49,672 bases of DNA. It comes from Catajapyx aquilonaris. Taxonomy: Eukaryota. How positions within the stretch are numbered: position 1 is the first letter of the stretch; the number at the start of each line of letters is the position of its first letter. The position numbers were made by a program, and so were the translations under genes. The stretch is taken from contig KZ538754.1 in the NCBI GenBank assembly GCA_000934665.2, positions 1 to 49,672 on the forward strand, read 5' to 3'. A model generated the notes under the pieces. The model saw nothing but the letters and a program-made list of their open reading frames with translations. It searched no databases and was not told the DNA's origin. Shown here in pieces: positions 12,426-25,000 of the stretch.

Positions 12426-12500
<75 letters not shown>
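11624..12500 (+). mobile_element. SINE family D (Lm1-like core; tail T2), split by a piggyBac-like MITE
   Basis: Head matches 46046; the body resumes after 12298 (aggccacagccgcttcc); TSD attaggaggaaata. Confidence 0.85.
11773..12294. mobile_element. piggyBac-like MITE (family P3)
   Basis: TTAA|CCCTTTGATGGC ... GCCATCAAAGGG|TTAA. Confidence 0.9.
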
Positions 12501-12504
<4 letters not shown>

Positions 12505-12810
12505 GGAGGAGGAGGAGGAGGAGGAAATAGATTTCAAATGAGGTGTGCAATGAACCTTTGTCTCCCTCTTCATTATGCATTCTTTGGGTGGGGATATAAA
12601 AACAGCACCCAAGGTGAAATTCACTGGATCTGGCACCATTGGTTTCACTCTGGTTTCATGCACAAGATGGGGCTGAAGCGTCTGAGACCTACAAACCTGA
12701 GTTGCATCTTGAGAAACTCAGCCATGTACCGCCTCATATGGTATGCGCGAGGTGACGTCATCCTATTGAGACATCTACACGATTTTTTTAGGCGGCTTCC
12801 ACCCCTTTAA

Positions 12811-13465
12811 CCCTCTTATGCCTACGGACATCATATGATGTCCTGCTGGTTTTTGAACTGGGAGCGCTAGAGTTTGCACAAAAATGGCGCGGTTTGAGGC
12901 TCAAACTGCTCCTACCACTTCGTGGCTCAACTACCATGGCGTATGCTAATCAGTTTTCCCGCCTCCCAGCGGGAGCTAAGCATACCCCCTCCCACCTGAA
13001 AGTTTTTGACTACATGCGACGTCTGGACTCGTAGTAATTTCTCAAAGTACAGTGTTTTAGTAGTATTATGTAACCACAGTAACAATTTTATAGTGACGTT
13101 CAAAATTTAAATAAATTTAATTACATTTCAAGTTAATTGCACTTGGGGAGGCGAAGTGGCGCAACGGTAACGTTTGCGCCCACGGATGTTAAGGTCCCGG
13201 GTTCGATCCCGGCCTGGGGACACCCCCTTCATCTCATGCAGAGTAAAGTGTCGTCTCTGACTTCGTCTCGGGTGGAATATCTACAGACTAATTCACCCGG
13301 GGGAGCTCACAAAACGACCACATGCGGACAAGGCACTGCACTTGCACATCCCCTCCTGTCATCCCTTCCTGCCCATGGGCCCGGGCGCTGTATAAATAGG
13401 AACCAGTTGTATCAGACGTTTAAGAAAGGTCCGGCAAGACCCCAATAGGGGTACACCTATACCCA

Positions 13466-13504
<39 letters not shown>

Positions 13505-13529
13505 CATTAAATGTCGTGATGATGTTGTT

Positions 13530-13623
<94 letters not shown>

Positions 13624-13813
13624 GTTAATTGCACTTTAAATTTTTTCTGGAACACCCTGTAGATGACTTTTTTCGGCATTTTACATTCAAAAGGACCACC
13701 GCGAGTTGAAATGATAAATGTTGGAGCATATTGTATTTCATTAATATTACTCCTACTAGAATTTTTTTTCATAAAGAGACTAAAATGGCCAAAAAAACTC
13801 TGGCATCAAAGGG
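12811..13813. mobile_element. piggyBac-like MITE (P3), inverted relative to the 11773 copy and interrupted by a SINE
   Basis: TTAA|CCCTCTTATGCC ... GGCATCAAAGGG|TTAA; reverse-complement match to 11773-12294. Confidence 0.9.
13145..13623 (+). mobile_element. SINE family A (tail T1) with long (ATT)n tail
   Basis: 13-bp TSD gttaattgcactt; A/B boxes. Confidence 0.9.
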
Positions 13814-13877
13814 TTAAAAAATCCAAGATAATTCTATATGATTGCCCAGTCTCTCTGATGAATTATGAAAACATTAA

Positions 13878-14852
13878 CCCCTTGAGCCCCAGCCGTCTAG
13901 AATCTAGGCGATGAGAACTCGACCGTCAGGTACCAGCTATACCTCCATCGCCTAGATTATTTTCGATTCTGTTCCACTTGCAAATAAGGACAAGGTATTT
14001 TACCAATAATAATAACTATACTTTACATTCATGATCTACACAATGCATGTTTTGGAAACCATTTTACTCGCATGGAAGTCCGTAAATTAATTTCCAAAAA
14101 GATTGCCGCACAGTATACCCGCTATATTTCCGCCTAGATTTTCTCTCCTGCTCAACTTACAAGTACTCTGAAGGTAAGGCAAGATATTTTACAAATAGTA
14201 ACAGCTATACTTACCCGTTCATGCAAAACACAACGTATGTATTGGAAACAATTTTCCGTGGCTAAAAGTCCGTAAATTAATTTCCGAAAAGATCGCCGTA
14301 AAATTATGAAAATCCGAGTGCTACCGGCCAACTGTTAGGGTGATTACATTATGGAGTATTCAAATATACGGAATAACAATCTTGAGAACCATCCCAGAAG
14401 CCTGTTGAAATCGTTGCACTTTCCGAGAAATAAATTAATACTTTTCTGCAACTTGCCTGTCACTTCATATTCCTCCCAAATTTACTTGTTTCTCGAAAAG
14501 TATGACGATTTCAGCAAATCTATTTGGTACCTTCTCAAAATTGTTATTCCATATATTTTAATGTATCACATAATTAAATCAGCCTAACAGTTGGCCGGCA
14601 GTACTGGAATTTCGGGTTTTTACAGTGATCTTTTTGGAAATTAATTTAGGGACTTCTATGGGAAGGAAATTGTTTCCACCACATTCATAACGTTTTCCCG
14701 GAACGGGTAAGTAGAGCTGTTATTATTTGCAAAATATCTTGGTTGTATCTTCAGCGCACGAGTAAGCAGAAAACTAGGCGGTGGTGGGTATAGCTGGTAC
14801 CTGGCGGTCGAGTTCTCAGCACGTAGATTCTAGGCGGCTGGGGCTGAAGGGG
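13878..14852. mobile_element. piggyBac-like MITE (P1), uninterrupted copy
   Basis: TTAA|CCCCTTGAGCCCCAGCCGTCTAGAATCTA ... TAGATTCTAGGCGGCTGGGGCTGAAGGGG|TTAA. Confidence 0.9.
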
Positions 14853-15809
14853 TTAAGTGTCCATTAAAAATTTTTAAAGGTCCAGTTTAAAAGGAGGTAT
14901 TGTGATCTGCCAGGTGCAAAAAAGGTGGCTCAGGTGGCAAGCGGGCACCGCCTAGAGCTCGGAGCAGTCTGCCTGGCCAATTAAGACCGAGGCCACTTTC
15001 ACAGCCGCAGTGACGCTGGGGAAGTTTGCCTACCCTTCACAGATCGTTCTGATTTTTTCCCCTACGAAAAGGAAGTCGCATAATTTCGGGAATTTTTTAA
15101 TGTTTTCAGCTGCACGTCCACTTACCGGGAAATATGCGGCAGGGAGCTATGTCTGTTGAAATTCGTGCAGTAAGTGTTTGCTTACTATGAATGAGACCTT
15201 TGATCTATGACGTCATGCCATAAAAAATATTGTGTGAGTGGCGTAAATACTCATGAACATAAGAACTATGAACGTTTCCTAAGGCTATGGCGAAAGAAAT
15301 TTCCATCGAGGTTATACCAGTGAATTTTAAAGAACAAATTTGTTTGGTCGTATATCATACAACTAACATGGCTGCGGGAGACAAAGGGTTAATAGACTAC
15401 ACACTTAAGGAATTAAATTAAATATGAGAGTAAGTCCAGGTATGGCCCCATGAAACTTTTTGCTGTATGAATGCTGTCTGTGATTATTTTTTTTGCCATA
15501 TTTAATTCTGTGTTGAAATAGCTTTATATTGGTAAAGGATGGGTTTTTACTGAATATGGTATTCCCAGAAGACATGGTGTTTCCACTCTGTGACTGAGGG
15601 TGTACAGATAGTGTCACATTATACTTGTCTAATAGCCCTCTAGTTCAGTAGCAGTACACATGGACCTGGGTTAAATTCCCAGTGGATGCATGGGACTGAC
15701 TGCTTGCTAAGTTATGCAAGCGAAAATGTTCTCAAATCTAACGCTTTTGCATGTTAATTCTGTGACATGTTCATTGTGGTCATTTGCTTTTCTTCCCACT
15801 CCTTGCCAG

Positions 15810-16040
15810 GGTCTGGGAGAGAGAACTGTGCAAGCATGGTAGAAGATCTTCAGAATCTTTTAGCCTCAAAGAAAATTAAGTTTGACTGGGCTCCAAATCA
15901 TCCCGTGGGAGGAGGGTTAGCCAATTTGGCTAACACTTGCTACATGAACAGCGCGCTGCAGGCGCTATTCCATGTGCCAGCAGTCGTAAACTGGTTTTTG
16001 GATCATCAGGCGGAGCACTTCATGCGCTGTAAGGCACACC
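15810..16040 (+). CDS. USP36: USP36-like exon (ATG 15836; Cys box)
   Basis: Acceptor ccttgccag, donor gtaagt at 16041; VGGGLANLANTCYMNSALQALFHVPAVVNWF. Confidence 0.92.
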
Positions 16041-19000
16041 GTAAGTAATCAGTATCCTCAGTTGTTTATTATACAGGATAGGATAAGAGACAGTATTGGA
16101 AGTAATTCTACAGATTAATCGTCTAATTCTACAGATTAAGTCTTAATTCTACAGATTAATCATCGGCAATGCAAAACCTGGTAACTCGCAATTTGTCCGA
16201 AATAGAGTTACTCGTGCAGTTGTGTCCCTAAAACTTACCGCATCACATAACGAAATCAATCCTGATGCAGATCTGGGCTAACATTTCCCCTCACAAATGA
16301 CATTTGGCTTGTACAGCGTTCTGGTATAATAAGTTTCTAACTATACCTCTTTGAATGTTGTTAACCTCAAGAATGGGAATGCTTCACTGCACATATGCTT
16401 GGTACAGTCATTCATTAGGTGAATTTCTCCATGAAGAGAACATGTCATTTCCTGGAAATGTTTTAGTGATTAAAATTAAATAGAAGAAGCAAAGAATCAC
16501 AAAGTACTTGCTGAAGGCACAAGCGATAGGTACTCTTTTATGCAGTTTTACAATTTGAATGGTATATTGTATATATATATGGTAATATAATGTAATATAA
16601 GAGTATCCTTCAAAGGTGGGAGTTCAGGTATGTCTAGTTTCAAAAGTTAAGGCTTTAGTGTGCCTCAGTTCAGTTCGTGAACCTACATGGGATCTCAAAA
16701 ATATTATGTATCCCAAGCCAAACTTCATTGAAGTGTTACAAATGACTGAGATTTTGTGAATCCAGCCAGGTAGGGTGGTACAAAAGATGTGCCCTTCCTT
16801 TCAGTTGTGGGTTCCTTTAGTTGTTCTCAGTTGAAAAATTGATTTTGGTTATTTCAACTCCAACTCTGGTGGAGATAATTGCACTTGAAATTGAATGCTG
16901 TCACTGTTGGTCTTCATTGGCTTGGCATGCCCAGGAGGGATGGAAAGGGTAAGGATGGGCAGCAGGATAGACCTGTGGTGTGCTGCCTTGGAAGCAGATC
17001 CCCTTGTCATTGGTTGGGAAGAGACTGGGAGCAGGGTTTAGCCTGGTTTAGTCCTACCGAGGATGAATGACAGGTTCTGAATTATCTTGTATTGCAATTC
17101 CACCATAACTGACGCATCTAGTGGACAGGATTCACGCTGTACTTATATACAGGGTGTTTATTGTAACTCTGCAAAGCCTTTCAGGGGTAATAGAGGGGAC
17201 CAAGACAAGTATTTTTGACATAGGAAACGCCATCTAGAGGGGATTCATAGACAATTAACAGGTGCGCTCAGACGCATCACGCGAGAGGCGCTTGTCGAGC
17301 GGACTGTTTTGTTGATAGATGGCGCTCATATAGTAAACACCAAAGCGATGTGCAACAACAGTCACCTAGCAACTAAAGTCCGCCTCCTAGGAGACACGCG
17401 GATAGTTAACAGCGGTTCTGTTGTTGCCAGGTTATGGCGTATCGCGTTGTTGTTTGCTTACAACGACACGATACACCATAACCTGGCAACAACTGCGTGC
17501 CATCTATCAACAAAACAGTCCGCTCGCCTAGCGCCTCTCGCGTGACGCTTCTGAGCGCACCGTTCCTTGTCTATGAACCCCCTCTAGATGGCGTTTCCGG
17601 ACACGGGTTCCTATGTCAAAAATACTTGTCTTGGTCCCCTCTATTACCCCTGAAAGTCTTCGCAGAGTTACAATAAACACCCTGTATATTGCAATGGCAA
17701 ATGTTAATGGAAAGGAAATTTAATATTATTCCTATGTGGCTGCCTCCTGGTACCCTATTGCCATATCTTTATAATTTCGCAACATTAACTTGAATGGACT
17801 TTGTAAAATATTTATGTAGTGTAACTGACGCAACATGAATAGGACAAGCTCTTTGGGGGGGGGGGGGTGCTGTAATGACGTCAAACCCTGTGAGCTGAAT
17901 GTGTTTAACAGTAATGTTACCACTGATACGCAATCTACTCCTCAGGAGATATCTTGTGATTACTTTAGATCACGCCTGTTCATATTCATATTTTCAGGAG
18001 AAATTAGGATTAACGTAACTGACGCAACAAACCTTGCGAAGTTGCGTCAGTTACGATTATTATATCTCGACTATTCCATGGCTCTGCTGCTATCTGGTAG
18101 CAGAATGTTGCTACACCTTCATGTGACAAAGTGACATAATCATCTGCTTTCAAGAAGTCATAGCCACCTCACAATGCGTGACTTAATTTTTGGATAATGA
18201 CTCTTCCTGTATGGAATTACCCTGTAGCTACTGTGTCTATAGATTATTTACACTGGAGGGAGAAGGAGTGGTGCGGTGGTAATGATTGAGCCCAAAGTTG
18301 GAAGGTCCCGGATTTGATCCTTCCCTCCCACCACCCTGCATTTTCCCTTTGGCCTGGGCACCACAACAAATAAGCAGGAGCTAGAACTGGAAGGGGAATT
18401 AAAAAGGTCTGGGCTGCATACCCCGATGGGATTTAAGCAGTACTTATACTTGGATGATGGATGATTACTGCTTCTACAACTAATCAGCATTGAGCTGCTT
18501 GCCTCTTTAGTTGCTAGAGTCAGTATTGCCAAGCCTCAGACACAAATTTTTAACCACCTGACCAGTTCAACATGGAGGTCTATTGTTAGTACCAAACAAA
18601 ATTATGCCGCATGTGTTAATTCAGATTGTCATGTTTAGGATACTGTGTCATTCACATGAGCAATGTTTTCAGTGATTTCAAATACGCAGAAATATTCTTA
18701 TGAGGTTTCTTTCTGCAATGGGTTGATAAATCAGGTTTCTGATTGGGATCTCTGCATTTTAAAGGTTTGGGTGGCCAGTGTGTACTCTGTGCTGTGCTTA
18801 TCACTCTCTCTGGAACGAACAGCAATGCTCGCGGGTATAAGTATGCATATCGTCCGCTGGGACTACGTGACAAATTGCATGGTAAGTGGTTTTTTCTAGT
18901 GAGAAATTGTGATAATCTCACCTTTATTTGTCTTTCAGCCATATGCAGCCACTTTGGGAGAAACCAGCAGGAAGACGCTCATGAATATTTGCGTTTTCTG

Positions 19001-22000
19001 CTGAGCATCATACAGCGGGATTTTGCTCTGGCAGCAGGAATCATGTAAGCTAGGGAAATAGCATTTCTTTTCCAACATTTGGAGGACATAGCAAATGGTT
19101 TCACTTTCTGCTTTCTTTTTAGAGATAATTCCAAACTCATGGAGACAACAGGAATGAATATGTTATTCACAGGTCTGATGTGTTCACAAGGTAATGAAAC
19201 TGTCATATTATTAGTATGTGCAGAGCTTTTATTGTGAGTATTTTGCAGTGACGTGCATAGCATGTGACCATGTTTCATCGACCTACGAAAAATTTCAAGA
19301 TCTCTCATTGGACGTGACCAAGATTTGCAGTGTTCAGAGCACTGTTGATAATTACTTCCGATTGGAAAACTTAGAAGCTGGAAGTTACAGTTGCAGCAAC
19401 TGCAAGAAAAAAGTCACGGCTACGAAGAAATTTACTCTTCAGTGTCCACCCGTTGTCCTGTGCCTCCAGTTTAAGCTCTTCTACAACAAGTCCAGCCGAA
19501 AGATTCATTGCTCAGTGAGCATCAATCCTGTAGTAACATTGGAAACCTTAGATCGGGACATTGTAGTCTACAAACTGAAGGCTGTGGTGGCTCACAGTGG
19601 GTCTGGCATAAATGGTGGGCACTACGTGGCATGGGCTGACACGCCCAAGGGGTTCTACATATTTAACGATTCAGTGGTACGTGACATCATGTTTGAACTT
19701 CTACGCATGAGTGTGCTTAATGATAATGTCAGGGCCAGTTGTTAACGCTAATTTAAAATGCACGCCATTTTACCAAAGTATGGTCCAAATGTGCATGAGT
19801 GTGTGTCCAAGTGGTGAGAGTAATGCATGCCAGGGCTTCTAGTGGGTAACCAACAATTTCTTGTTCAGAGGATAACCTACAAACATATAAGTAATATTTG
19901 CTTGCTCGGCGGTGGGGCCCCGCAGACCCCTCCCCCCCGATTTTCTCCTTATGCAGTTTTTCATATCCAAAGGACTGTAGGCTACAGGCCTTCAGGTAGG
20001 CCTAATAATTTGTGTCATTGTTTAACGCAGTCCGTAAGGGTCCCCATCCTCGGAGAGAAAAACATACTGTAATATAAAGCAAGATTGCCAAATCACGGGA
20101 GCGTAAATCAAGTAGGCCTTTTCTCATTAAATTTGGGCAGCGGAAATGAGGCTTAAAACATTCTCTTATCATTATTGTCGGATATTAATTGCATGGTATC
20201 GTATCGCCACAGATGTGAATCGATATATCAAGCGAGATTGAGCTGCTCCAAGGATATCCTAACATAGGCAGTGAATCGCTGCCAGTTACGGCCTGGACAA
20301 TAACATCATGGCAGCCGAGCTCACACATCGCAGTCCGGTGCAACTTCAATAATAATTAATTCCACATCCTCTGTGCCAGAACACCAGGTAAAACTCTGGG
20401 GCAAATAACCGATACACTTGATCAGGAACCTATGGAAACTACTTTTCAAATTGTACTGTAATCCACTTGTAAAGTAGACTTGCGTGGATAGAGTGAACTG
20501 GAAAAACCAGAAGTTGACCATGAAACCTATTTTGGTGCTGAATCGCAATCCAGAACCCGTTTGTCGCTTCTCTTGCGGTTTGTACGATTATGCAGATGGG
20601 CTATTGAGTGCGCTGGATCTGACGCCACTCATCTTGAAAATGGCTGCGAAGTGCTTCTCTTTATGCTCACCAGTGAATTTTACGCATGTAATTTACCCAC
20701 TGAGCGATTTTCGTCCAAATCCGTTGACCCAAGGTTACGGCCTTCCCTTGTTAGTGGCAATAAGTCCTTATATGTCAATGATGTCAAGCTAAGAATTCGT
20801 TGACTGACTCTCGTATGGCACAAATCTTGTTTTCGTTTCATCTAGTAATATAGATAATATATTTTCTATATGAGTTAATTCCATGTGATTCCCATTCTCC
20901 AGCTTTTGCAATGGCAGCATTAGTGTGCCAGCTCCATGGTCTTAGAAGAATAGGTTGGGGCAGCGCTGGATTTCCCATTAGGCGCAGTAGGCACTGGCCT
21001 AGGGACAGCCGCGAGTTGCAATAAATATTTTTCAAATACGATAATAGGAAATAGGGGGAGATCATAAAGAAAATCAAAATTTTGAGGGAGCTTGATTTAC
21101 TACTACAGGCAGAAAAGGTAATTGCCGAAGGGTGGCCATAACTTTACGGTATAATTTTAAAATAAAATAAAATAAAATGAAGGAGAAAACACAAGAAAAA
21201 AAATTGAATTTTTAAGTGTCATGGGGGGGGGGGGGGGGGGGGNNNNNNNNNNNNNNNTGTGGTGTGGGGGGGTAAATCCGGCGCTGGGTTGGGGCACTCG
21301 CCGCCATCTTGCGTGTCATTATCCTTTCCCACATTGGCGCTCACTAGATCGTGCACTGCATCATACGGTGGCCATCTTGGTATACCGCTATCGGCAGTGA
21401 TCGGCGAGAGAATCGTCCCGTGGTCAGGATATGTTCGGGACGATTCCCCTGCCGATTACTGCTAATGGTTCTATGCCAAGATGGAGCTGTCTTATGATGC
21501 AGCAAGTAGTATTCCACACCTTGATTCCATTGCATATACTAGCGCAAATGCGGGAAGAGAGAAATGGCACGGTCTTTTCTATTGGGCTGAGAAAAAGTGA
21601 CCGGGGCTGGCCAGCTCATTGCAGAGTTCCGTCTAACTATCTGTGCCAGAATTGATTTGTTCTGAGGGTGTCTTCTATTTTGCTTGCTTGATATAGGCCT
21701 GGTTTGGGACACTTAACACCTTGAATGGCAGGGCCTGTCAGCATTGAAAGTATCATCGGCCTAATCCTTCATCGGAGGCATGCAAAAACAAGCCTTGCTT
21801 GTGTTTCTAGTTTGGCCATGTGACAGCACTAAAAGCAAGGTTAACTGTTGCCAATGAGTTATTTCTGATGGCCTTCATTTTATATTTTGGTTTGAAATCT
21901 GTAGTTGGTTCAGAGCAATCAGCGTAGTCTTGCATATGCCAGGTACTGCCATTTTACCGCAATCCAACGTGGCAGGTGTTCTGTTAAGCAGCCAGAATGA

Positions 22001-25000
22001 AAATTTAATGATCTACCAAATGGATCAATGATTTGTGATTTTTTTTCATGACACTTGTAAGCGATAAGAGATGGGAAGACATTGCCTTGTACAGTGCAAA
22101 ATGACTTGGGTAATCACACATATCATCAATGACTTGGACCATATTTATGTGAAATGGGCTGAATTCAAATAGAAGGTTTGATAATCTTGATATGATACCG
22201 TATTACCTCATAAAGCGGCATGCAAGTCACCCCAGGGTTATACCAGCGTGCTGGTCGACCTCGTTTTATACTGGCATGGAGCTTCATGAGAGGTAATACG
22301 GTACCTAAATTGTTGTCTGTGAATGGGATTTTAAAAAATACTTCTAAGGGATGTGCCATACAAATTTCTGTCTTTATCAATTGTGCTGTTGTTTGGCCCA
22401 ATAAATTAATAAATATGAGGCCCTGGCTTGCATGCTTCCCTTGTGAAAACCTCTCTTAAGTGGTTATATTTTAAAATGTACAGGTGCTCCAGCAGCGAAG
22501 GCTGGATAAATCAGATTCTCCATATGTCCTGCTGTATCAAATGGACCCCAAGGAAGGCTCAATTGGAAAAAGGCTACACCAACAGCACAATGGTAAGTCA
22601 ACTCTTGTCATTTTTCCAGTCACATAGTAATGAATTTGCTCTAGGAATGGACAAACTTGCTCATCTACAAGTGCCAAATTGTGGATCATCACCCAGACAA
22701 GTTCCTAATGGTTTAGTTGCAACTGAAAACAACTTGCAACGAGGAATGCAGAATGGCCATCGTGACACTAGAGATGCTCGGTTGGATGAGCATCTTCCAA
22801 TTTCTTCTTCAAAACATCATGATGCGTTTACCCCTGTAGCCCTGTGTCCTATTGCCATGAAACAAGTGTCCCTAGAACCTGTTGATACTTCTTCCAGGGT
22901 AATGCCTACTAGTCCTTCTAATTTGGCCCTGAAGTCCACTGTTAGTGCAGCATTGTCAATGCTTCCGCCCACTGAATCAAGGTAAGTGATACAGCAGCAT
23001 TGTCTTATCCAGGGCAAACTGGCCTTTTTATATTTATTAATTTATTATTATTGTTATTATTATTACATTGCAGGCCCAGAGTTGTTTTTGGGATCCGTTC
23101 AGTATCAGTTCCTTCAAGCTTTTCAAATCAGAAGGCAGTTACTAGTGTGGGATGTGCTTCCAAACTTCAGGGGATTACAAATGGTGTGAATGGTGCACAT
23201 GACATTCATTTGCAAACAACAACCAATGGGTGCTGGAAGGTGAGCCATGAGTCCACAGTTTCAACAAAGCTCATCCACAATGGCAGTGCAGCTCCAGTTA
23301 GAGATTGGAGTGTAACAAGAGGAAAACATGTTACAAATGGAAGTTCAGGTCTGAGAAATGGGTATAATTTTCCTCTGGAGACTTACGGCTTCCTGAAGAA
23401 TGTGGCTAATGGACACGATGAGAGGGAACTAGAATGGGATACGAAAAAGTAAGTATCTGCAGGTTATATGCAGAATTTGCAATGAATTATTTTTGTGGCA
23501 TGTTTCATACTAGATTGTAGAGATTTTGGGAAAAGACCCACACACTTGGAACACTGTATTTTACAAGTGGGGTACCTGTGCTTCACACAGTTTGTGGGTC
23601 ATTTTTAGTTATCACTGATATCACCCAAAGTAGTTATTTTAGTGTCGCTTGTTGCGCATCGATCTAGGTGTCCCATTACTCCCAGGTGGTCGAATATAGC
23701 AGTTTTGTGTGTGTGTGTCTGTGTGTCTGGGTGTATTACCCTGTGATAGGGCCTTGGGCCCTTTCAGGGGGGGAAGGGGAGGTTCCCAAGGGAGGGTGCT
23801 CTTAGATAGTGTCTAGTCATTTCTGACCCGCTTAAATACCAGACCTTTTCTCCTGGCCCTGGGCAGAGAAGGGACTGCGAATCTGCCCAGACATGTCGGG
23901 TGAAAAGCGAAAAGCGAAAAAAGACCCGACCAAGCAGAGGTGACGGGGACAGGATTTGAACCCCGAACCTCTCCCTTCGCTGGTCAGTAGCACAGCCACT
24001 AGACCACCATGCCTCCCAACGGTTGAATATAGCGGCTGCTATAGAATAGGGCACAACAAGCTACACAAAAGAAAAAAGAAAAAAAAAACAACTAAGAGCA
24101 AAATTTCCTATAACTAAGGGCCGTTTTCTCGAACAGTGGTTCACCAGGTTCAAAGCCAGTTTAATCCCTGATTTGATTGTTGTTAGGCTGTTGTCAAGGG
24201 TTTAAATCGGCTTTGAACCGGGTTCACATTTGAACCACTGTTCGAGAAAACGGCCCTAAAAGGCCCTACGAACTTGGAACACCCCCGTATATTGATGAAT
24301 GAATTGAATGACTGAAAGAAGTTTGTAATACATACATATTCAATAAGCTAACTGTAAGTCACAGGGTCTGAAAATGCTCTGTGCTCCATGTGTGATGGCT
24401 AGAGTCCGGATTTTAAGGCACGAAAAAACCTCAAACAGGCACAAAATTTTTACTTTTGCGGACGTATGGACAAGAATATTACAGAAAATAAAAAAGGTAG
24501 ACTAATTTTATAGGCTTAAATTATAAATATAAGGTCACAAACCAGAGCAGAAACCGAATGACATCTAAACTGACAGGAAATCACAAAACTTGTGCAAAAG
24601 ACACAAAGTGCAAGCAAGTATCACTTGCTTTGGACTCAACCGTTACAGCCCGTTTCCACTTGTACAGCATGTTACCAAATATTTTTCTAGATTTTCCTCT
24701 GATTGGAACCGTCTTCCGGCTCATACGAGTCATGGAAACATAATTCGTATTACTTCTGAACGATTTTGGTTCTTTCAGGAGCACAAAAAAAAACTCAGCA
24801 AAAAAACCAAACATGCCTCTGAAGGAATAGGTCCAGAATAGGCCCAAAAAGTTCAAAAACCATCCCAAAAAAGGCCAAATAGGCATGAAAAGTCACAAAA
24901 GGCCAGAATAGGCAAAATAGTTCCCAAAACCACGAAATTGGTAATTTCAGTCACTATAAAACCTACATTTTCTACATCCTGCACTTATGAAACCAATAGA

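Noticed and set aside
12395..12430. CTGATGA and GAAA motifs suggesting a hammerhead ribozyme (also TGATA...GAAA in T1 tails)
   Set aside because: The order and three-stem topology do not fit, and CTGATGA is not conserved in other T2 copies.
12271..12810. 179-aa ORF with poly-Leu/poly-Gly
   Set aside because: It is a translation of SINE tail microsatellites. The ORFs at 39199-39573 and 46243-46688 likewise translate microsatellite tracts.
20200..20800. Coding-like intronic stretch, possibly a hAT transposase remnant
   Set aside because: Only a vague motif resemblance, several stops and no termini found.
21222..21257. Poly-G/poly-C tracts as G-quadruplex elements (also 9119, 25570 and 29220)
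   Set aside because: They abut N gaps, so the sequence is unreliable.
24400..24955. hAT-like MITE with AATAGGC repeats
   Set aside because: The TIR match is poor and there is no 8-bp TSD, so boundaries could not be supported.
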